This document shows, piece after piece, positions 51,754 to 64,000 of a DNA stretch of 64,000 bases. This DNA comes from Chrysomallon squamiferum (Eukaryota; Animalia; Mollusca): the NCBI GenBank assembly GCA_012295275.1, contig CM022671.1:5890001-5954000 (forward strand), given 5' to 3'. The first letter of the stretch is position 1. Every line of letters begins with the position of its first letter. The notes below the pieces were generated by a model. That model did not search any database. It was given only the letters and a program-made list of their open reading frames with translations, and was not told the DNA's origin. The position numbers and the translations under genes were made by a program.

Positions 51754-54197
51754 CACACATTAAATAAAAAGAAAAGCACGCACACACCACCAATAACACG
51801 ATATCATGATGATACTGTTTTGTGACGTATGCGTCGTCAAATAGTGAAATACCAAGACAGTTAAATTTTGTAAACAGTATACTAACATCTCCCATCCAAC
51901 AGAAACAAAAGCAATAAGAAATATGAACCTATCATACATGGATCCTGGGAGAGGCGAAATTCAATACCCCATCTCCCACTGGTTTATGAAATTGCGTTTT
52001 CTATTATCATAGTGTAAATCGTTCTATCATAAAAGCAAATAACGAAAACAAATATGGCGTCTGCATGCCCTTAGTCTGAGATTTTTGAATCGTTGCTGAT
52101 TTGACAAAAGGTAACTGATTGCTAATGATATGTTGGCAGTAAACTGTTACTAATTCTGGCTAACGAGACAAATTATTCTCGAAATGTCGATAATTACTTC
52201 ACAAGACATTTTCACAATGGAAGAAGAAAAAAAGCGTGCTTGAAGAATGTTCAGTATATAATTGCGGTAGAGATACTAACAAATGACGCATACGTTAACA
52301 ACAGAGAACTGATACATTTATGAACATTTTTGTAATTAAATTATTCTTTCTTCTCTTTTATTAATTATATTAATAGTCTTTCTAACGTCTCCTTTTTCAT
52401 TACTTTTTGTATCAATCGCCGCATTTTTCCTATTTTTTCGTCTTTTATTTTGTTATTATTATTTATTATGGCCAATTATCTTCTTTTTATCTTTTTTTTC
52501 TTCTTCTTCTTTTTCATCACCTTCTTCTTCTTAAATTTCTTTACTTATTTTTATATTTCTATATATGTTTAAAATTTGCATTTGTTATATCTTGTTTCTT
52601 TGGCGTGCAGAGGGTGGGTGGGTGTGTGCATCCAATCAGAGAAAAGAACTTAATACATTTTTTTAGTTGATTTATATTTCAATCCAATAAAGTGTTTATT
52701 TTATGTTTCATCTGTGTTTACGTATTCAAAATACCTTCCTTTCTCATAATATTTCTCAGTACGAGGCCTTACACTTCAGTCTTTGGGGCAAACAATCAAA
52801 GAGTTGGCCCCGGGCATCACCAGACCTCTGCATGTCACTGTCTTCTTTTCATTTTCATTTCTTTATATTTCGCTCTACTTTTGAATTTGAGATGACCTTC
52901 ACAGCACCTTCCACTGTTTCCGCCTCTAGACTTTATGCATTGTTAATAAGTTAATTTTAACTGAGATCTGTAGATCCGATTATATTCCGCAATGTGTTGA
53001 AACGTACGCCTATTATTTCGAGATCAATAAGGTGTTAACGGAAGTGTGCCTGTTACCGATACAGATGTTAAGTATCGCAGCGTTTCAGTTATTTCTTCAA
53101 TTTTAGTTATTTCCCTTGAGTAATGAACAGTTGCTACGTATGATTTTCGGAATCTCGAGTTGTTTATATATTATTTTTTTTTATTGTGAAATGACTTTCA
53201 CGTAGACAGGATGAAATGTTAAAGTAAACATATTTAGTAAGAACATATAAGCTAAACACATTTCTAAATATTCTAAAACATCAACCTTTACTATTAATAA
53301 ATTACAGTTAAAAATAGATCGATGTAACGGCTATTTTGTGTACTTTTTAATAACGTCATTTAACAAATAAAATCATTTGAATGTATATAAAATATATTTA
53401 AATTTTATGCAAAATCTTTTCACAATAATAATAAATACATTTTATATAAAGAATTTGCATGTATTATTATGTTTATAAATGTATGTATGTATGCATGTAT
53501 GTATGTACGTAAGTGTATATATGTATCAAATGTATATATGAATATAAGTATGTATGATTGTATGTATGTATGGATGGATGTAAGTGTATATATATGTATC
53601 AGATATATGTATAAATATAAGTAAGTATGTATGTATGTATGTATGTATGTATGTATATATGTATATGTGTATATGAGTATATGCATGGTATGTGTGTGCG
53701 TGTGTATGTGTAAAAACCCGAATGATTATATGAAAATGTTTAACGACGTACAACAATATTTTATGTTTCTGAGTTTCAAACGAAGATTTATAAATATAAT
53801 TCATTACCACTATAGCAATGACCACTTGCTGACAAACATCAATAGATAGTTTATATATATATTTAATATTTAGTCCTTTAGAACTGGTTATCTCTGGAAA
53901 TAATGACGAGGATTGATCCAGAACGACTGACTTTGGTGTTGAGGTACAAACAGTTTGCTGTAACTTCAATACTGTTCAAGTAACAAGAACACAAACATTC
54001 AAACAATTCATTACTGCAGGTTTTAATGTAATTTTCTGGTTGTTGGCTTCACGTCAAAACATATAAAATGTATGTTTGTGGCCCACATTACCTAGAAACT
54101 CATGTACTCAATCAGTGACATATAATTATAGCAAATTAGCCAAATAACAGAGAAACCAAACTACAACAGTAGAGGAAGAGGAAAGAACAAAACAACA

Positions 54198-54245
<48 letters not shown>

Positions 54246-55147
54246 TAATAATAATAATGGTAATAATAATAATAACATACAACAACAGCAACAACAACAA
54301 CAACAACAATAATAATAATAATGTTGATAAAGAAAGATACAAATTAAATATCTCAGTTTTGTGAAAATTTCGCCATTTTCTGTTACTCTTAAAATATTCG
54401 AAAACGTTTTGTCACCTCACATGATGAAATATGATTATCAAAGACAGAAATAGTTAACAACGAGAGGTTCAGCACCAGCGTCCTAATTTATGTTTGATCC
54501 GAAGCTTGCTAAAGAATTCTTATTTATTAATTAATTTAGATTTAACCATCCCAAAATTTAATTTATTTGTATTTTGAAACTTTGCTTTTAATAGAAAGTT
54601 TATGACTATATTCTTTTAAAACAATGCACATCAATGAAACTTTTCAGTGAATATTTTACATTAAATTAAAATAAAATGTGTTTTATGGATTTAGAATAAT
54701 AGCTGTATGTATATATATTTAAAAAACAACAACCGGAATACCCAATAGAGATTTAACAGCGTATTCATTATCTACAATTTTGCTAAAATGTATTTGCCAG
54801 TCGGGAAGCAACCACACAAAGAACCAGAGTCAAAGAGGATTACTTAAGCACAACATCAGCAATGTCGTTTTCATCATACTATAAAATTGCAATGACAATA
54901 AATGATAATTATAGTTTTTAATCTTTAGATAATAGCATTTACTATTTCGCTCGATGCGTTTTTAAAATAATAATAATAAAAATAAATAAATAAATAAAAT
55001 TAAACAGATAAGTAAATAAATAAATAAATAAATAAAACGTACAGAAATGACTTATTATTCCCAGAGAATGCCCAGACCGCAGATGGTTTTCAGAAAGCTA
55101 CTCAATTGTCACTTAGTTAAAACCAGAATTGATAAAAAGCTTATTCC

Positions 55148-55161
55148 GTTGCCATGGTAGC
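55148..55161. promoter_or_regulatory. RFX X-box
   Basis: GTTGCCATGGTAGC, a near-match to the palindromic X-box GTTGCCATGGCAAC. Confidence 0.55.
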
Positions 55162-56986
55162 GGGATTTATTTGTATCGCGGAAGATTAGTGTTTGTTGCA
55201 CTTCGGTGCAGCAGTCGATAATGGAGATGATAATGCGTTCTATTTCCAACGACAGGACATAGCGGTTCACGTGTATGTCCGATTAGGTTAGATTCGTATT
55301 TTAATATTAATTAAGGATACTCGCCGATGAGTTTGTTAAGAACAAAGCTTCTAATTTCCACAAGGCTTAGCGGGGTTTTCTTTTCATGTCAAAGGGTGGA
55401 AGCATTGTTTGATATCCTATATTCAACATATTTCTGTTTATTTTAATTATACTTTAAACTAATTCATGTTTAAATAAAGTAAAACAAAATAAAATAAAAA
55501 TAAAAATAAAATAAAATAAAATAAAATAAATAAAATAAAATAAAATTTTTAAACATTATGAAAAATTAAAATAAAATAAAGCAAAATAAAATTAAATTAA
55601 ATTAAATAAAATAAAATTAAATATAATTCTTAAAATGTTTAAAAAAAATTAAAATTAAATAAAACGAATAAAATTAAATATAATTCTTAAAATGTTTAAA
55701 AAAAAAATTAAAATACAATAAAGCAAAATAAACTAAAATAAACAGTCCTAGAACGAACCGCAGATTAAGCAAGAAATATTAACGTTGGTCTACTTCTGTA
55801 GATGAGCCCACTAGGTTACTCTTTAGGAACATTCCTTAGCTAGGGGATCTGTTTAGAGAATTACATTCATTCATTTTGTTGTTGTTGCTGTTGAATGCTG
55901 AATAAGCCACTCTGGGACTCAGATGCGGAACAAAAAAAAAAAAAAAAAAAAAAATGGATTAACTAAAATTTTCGCTGTTTTAGTGCCAACTATCCTTTTT
56001 ATTTTATTTTTTATTTATTTATGTAAATTCATTATTTATTATTAATGTTTTAAAAATATTGTTTAACGTCAGCTGTCTTATATAAAATAATATAATAACA
56101 TAATTGGTTCTCTATTTATTTTCATTTAAAATATAATATTTCAAGCTGATATGAAAGTTGAAAGAAAGCAATCCCAGTTCAATAATAATAATAATAAATA
56201 AATAAATAAAAAAAAAAAAAAAAGAATAAGAAGCTAGAAAGAAATATATTACTTGCCTTATATAATTTAATTAATTGTAAACTTAGATACAGTCACATTC
56301 ATCATTCCATACATACAAACATACACAACACCAGACTTATACGGGCTTGCTTTCATATACATATACTGATAAACAGACAGAAAATAAGAAATAAGTATTT
56401 CATCAGTCATAAAACATAATTATTAACTGTAGTCACAATCATCAGTATGTTTTAATTTATATAACATCATTTGGTGTACACGTTTGGTCTTGTATAAAAT
56501 GCGTTTTATTAGAATTTAAATCAGATTTACCTTGTAAATGTTAGCGAAGTAATTATTAAAGGAACGCAGGTGTTCTGTTGTCGGACAAACTGTTATCCTG
56601 AAAATTTACTTCTTCATTACCGATGTCGTCTGATCGATAAACTGACAGTTCTGTCGTCTGCTTGTACACGTAAATCATATCTTGTCACGTGACTTGAACA
56701 CCATTATTTTAACATGACATTGGCATGTGTACGGATTTTAAATTCAGGAGGTGAAATATATTGGTGATAAGAAAAAAACAACTAAAAAAACAATGAATGA
56801 TACAACTTTGCCAGGAATAGAGGGTTAGTTCTTTGTGTCTGTTAGTCTGTTCAGTGGTTTTATTTATGAAATGTTATTTCATTTGTAAGTACTTGTTGGG
56901 TGTCTGTGGAATACAGTTATCGATATTTTAACATTTCATTTCTTAGTGTGATGTTTATTTTATGTATTAAAACTCTGTAATGTATT

Positions 56987-57067
<81 letters not shown>

Positions 57068-58845
57068 AATATAGAGATATATTACATATGCATGCATGTA
57101 TGTATAGATGGATGTATATATGTATGTATTTATGTATGTATTCTTAGATGATGTATATATATATGTATGTATATATGTATGTAATATGTGTGTAAGTGTG
57201 CAGAAGAATTAATAACAACAGTAATCACTTTTTTCGGCTACTTATTAATGTAAAAAAAAAAAAAACAACACTAATACATTAATTATCTGTTTTACATGTT
57301 TATATTCGTGTAACAACTACAACTACACTGACAGAATTTTTGTCACTCGGCATCACATTTTCCGAATCAGTGAGCTGATAAACAGTAACAACGTGATGAG
57401 CGACATTGTTGAACAAACACGTTTTTCCTTTTAACAGTCTAATTGCAGTGTGTAGGATTTTCGCAAACAGAAAGTGTTCAAAATAAGGCGAGACAGGGAA
57501 GTCGACAGAATGAGGCAGATAACCGAGTCATTGTCAGTAATAATCATTTAGTGTATCTGTAGAGATGGGAAATACACAAATATAGCATCGTAATACATAT
57601 TGTGATACAGTTTTAAATCTCGGTAGATATGTGTTTTTTTTTTTTTTTAAAATAACTAGTTTGTGAAGATAACCTTTCTACGTGACGTCATGTCGTAAAC
57701 CCAGTGAACTGGCCGTGACTAAACTCTTCATGAAACATTAGTACTGTTTATTGCATACAACCTGTCGTCAAATCGGTTTTAACTTTATTTGCTTACTTAC
57801 TTACTTATTATTACTGTTGTTGTTGTTATGGCTTTTTATTATTATTGTTGTTGTTGCTGTTGGTGAAGGTGGTGGTGGTGGTGTTTCTGTTATTGTATGT
57901 GTAAAACACCTCTCAACCCAAAATAAATAATCATAAACAAAATGGGGCAAAAGATTATAAAGAATAGTATACGTACATAAATCGTAGCTGAAGACAGGTG
58001 TACATTGTACGTGTGTTTTCACCACACCACACGCACCACTGACTTACTTTCTGCACGTCACTGACTCGTTTCATCTCACACCTTCATCCAGGAATTCTGA
58101 AAATTCTTTTTTACGACTATTCCGTCATTCTTCAGTCGACATCAAACTGACTTCTGCTCTGTTGAGGGTAGTTACGTGTTGAGAACAAAGATGTTACACG
58201 AATACTGGAAAATGAATTAGATTAGAGTTGTTTTTGCAGAACAAAACGTTTAACTAACTGTGGCACGACCTGGGCGGTTTTAGATTGTGTTAACGTTCGT
58301 TACGAGAAGAAATCCACGAATACACAGATAAATAAATCGCAAACGTTGGCCTCATTTTCTTTCCATGTATCTTAAAAATAAAATATAAACCTGAGCATAA
58401 ATTATTTGGGTCCAGCTTATTTCGCTTTGATTATATTTAAAACAAAAGTATTTCAGCTTTCCTTGTTTTGTTTATTTTTTTTTTTTTTTATTTTTTTGAT
58501 ATTGTGTTTTGGGGGTGAGGTGTCGTTATTATGTTAAGAAAACATATATTTATTTTCTCTATTCATTATAATTATGATGTGTAGAAAATATGATTTAAAC
58601 TGAATACCGAAACAATAATAATTATTATTTTATTTTTATTTAATTGTTTATTATTATTTTGTGTTATTGTTGTTGATGATGTTGCTGCTATTGTGTTGCT
58701 CAGTTTGACTCGTCTTAAAGATAAATTTACATTCATACGAGTATAAAAATTAAGAAATTGCTTTACTGTGTTCGTCCTGTAACTGTGCTAAGAACAAAAT
58801 TAATGTGTAGGCCTATCTGTACATAAATTAGTTTGCACTGTTTAA

Positions 58846-58885
<40 letters not shown>

Positions 58886-59055
58886 GTGTGTGTCCATATA
58901 TTTATATAAAATGAACAAATAAAATACAAGTATAAAAAAAACAATATCAACAACAAAATAATAATAAATCAAACAAAATAAAATAAAATAAAAATAAATG
59001 AACACAGAAACATCCTTTTCTTGTTTCGTAATTTTAAAACAACCTCTCACAAAAA

Positions 59056-59114
<59 letters not shown>

Positions 59115-59540
59115 AAACATGCCACGAATGTTTACTCTCTACTCGCTAATGGAATATTAAAGCATGTTCAAACAGAAGCCAGGTATTATCACTAAGCACG
59201 TCTCTGGTGTTTACAACAGCGAGTTTGTTCCAATGTTTCCGCTAAATGGCGGCTGATTGACGTCAGGTGTGAGAAGTTCGTGTAATCTCGTGTATCGCGA
59301 GAACTCGAGACGACATGAGACTTTACTTCCACACTAATTAGTCTCACAGCAGAACTGATAAAAGATGTAAGTCAAAACACCGATCATAATTTCACTACGT
59401 TTCTTACCTTTTTTTTCGTTTTTTTTATTTTTAATTTTTTTTTTTATTATTTTTTTTTTTTTGTATTTATCGGTACGTTCTACCTGATAACCCTTAAGCA
59501 ACGGAATCGGAGGGTTTAATTTTTAAAAAGGTAATGAACC

Positions 59541-59613
<73 letters not shown>

Positions 59614-60121
59614 GATGACGATGACAGTAACAGCTCACGTAAGTTAAAATTAAGTTGCCAACAGCTGACTTGAAATGATTAAAGAAAGAAAGAAACAAAC
59701 AAAACAAAACAAAACAAAACAAAACAAAATTCTATTTCAACGAATTATATAAAAACCATTTTTTATGTCAGTTTGAGTACAAAATTAGAAATTTCGATTG
59801 ATTGGTAATTCTACATAAAACAAATAACTTTTACAAGAAGATGAAAATGTTTATTGGAAGTATTATACACACTTATTTATTTATTATTTTTTTTTTTTTT
59901 TTGCTTTCTTTTTCTTTATTTTTGGACTATCTTTAATCTTTCTTTTCGCTTATCATCCTCATCAATGTGATTATTATTACTGATAATATTATTGTTATTA
60001 TCGTTGTTGTTGTTGTTGTTGTTGTTGTTGTTAATATTAATGTTTACATATCAAGACAAAATGATATTTTACATTAGTTAACTTTCACTTAGTCTCGTAA
60101 TGACACACTTATAAGTTACTC

Positions 60122-60135
60122 GTTGCCATGGTAAT
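60122..60135. promoter_or_regulatory. RFX X-box
   Basis: GTTGCCATGGTAAT, about 550 nt upstream of the putative ATG at 60681. Confidence 0.55.
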
Positions 60136-60288
60136 CACTTATGTTATTAACAAATACGGTCACAAAATTCGATTTATTTGATTTAGTATCTTCTTCGTTT
60201 CTTTATTATTATTATCATCATTAGCATCAACATCATCATCATCACCATTACCATCATCATCATTATTTATTTATTTATTTATTTTTAC

Positions 60289-60319
<31 letters not shown>

Positions 60320-60680
60320 GAAATTGTAGAATCGTTTTATTTATTTGTTCTTCTGTCTATCTGTTCATCCATCCATCCTCCAGGTATCAAGCAGTCTGTG
60401 TCTATCTTTCTGTCTATATATGTTTCTGTCTGTCTGTCTATCTGTATGTGTGTCTGCATGTCTATATATATATATATATATATCTACTGATCCATCCATT
60501 TATGTATCTGTCTAATGCCAGTTTATAACGTAATTCATTCATTCGTTCATTCATTCATTTACAAACCTAGCATTTACAAAAATTCTAACGTTAAACGTTC
60601 TTTCTATTCCTGAGTCAGTGACAATGTGGGAGGTTGGTAATGTTTGTCTAGCTTATTTTCTGTCAGTCTGAATTTGCATT

Positions 60681-63444
<2,764 letters not shown>

Positions 63445-63565
63445 AAACTACTGCGACCTGTTTAAAAGGCAGCTAAGGAGAAGCAATTCGTTTATAAATA
63501 CGCCCAGAATTTCTAAAAATAACATAAATAAAATAAAGTAAAATAAACATATGTGTGCGTTTGTT

Positions 63566-63680
<115 letters not shown>

Positions 63681-64000
63681 AGTTTATAACAGGGAATAAT
63701 TATTTTCTTGGTTTCGTTATCTTTATTTTATTACTGGTCTTTATCTGCTTTGTTGTCTTTATTTAATTATTTACGAGATCATTACTGCATCCTAAATTTT
63801 ATTTCTGGAGATTCAACCAGGAAACTGCCAACATTAAATGAACATGAGCAACATGAACTCTAATAAAATACCTGGGAAGATTTTCTTTTTTTTTTTTTTT
63901 TTTTAAAGTAATTGAAAGAACTAATCCAAGCATATTCTGAATGCGTTCAAGTTATGATTCTTCTTTTTGTTGTTGTTGTTGTTCTTCTTATTATTATTAA

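Noticed and set aside
55189-55286. Possible upstream coding exon of the coiled-coil gene (phase-1 donor)
   Set aside because: It lacks a good acceptor and an in-frame ATG. The exon at 60681-60723 is a better candidate.

Overview
This is AT-rich, microsatellite-dense animal genomic DNA; the repeat content looks molluscan, which is an inference. Almost all ORFs in the supplied track are simple-repeat artefacts. I reconstructed four spliced protein-coding genes by hand from GT-AG sites and reading-frame phase: (1) a two-pore-domain (K2P/TWK-like) potassium channel on +, coding exons 10813-11722 and 20344-~21027; (2) a 27-exon myosin XIX on -, 48500 to 32176, ~1098 aa; (3) a 4-exon theta-class glutathione S-transferase on +, 49114-50898, head-to-head with the myosin; (4) an unrecognised coiled-coil protein on +, 60681-63444, downstream of RFX X-boxes. 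A probable spliced non-coding transcript lies on - at ~27.2-29.8 kb. Three of the genes carry a 1-nt frameshift in a short homopolymer, most likely an assembly error. The most unusual items are the MYO19 architecture (N-terminal SH3-like domain and extension, plus a symmetric Cys-rich exon in the motor), the Cys/polybasic repeat N-terminus of the K2P, a Tigger4/MER46-like transposon relic, an E-box minisatellite and an inverted repeat enclosing a microsatellite. I cannot support a claim of a wholly new biological system from this sequence alone.
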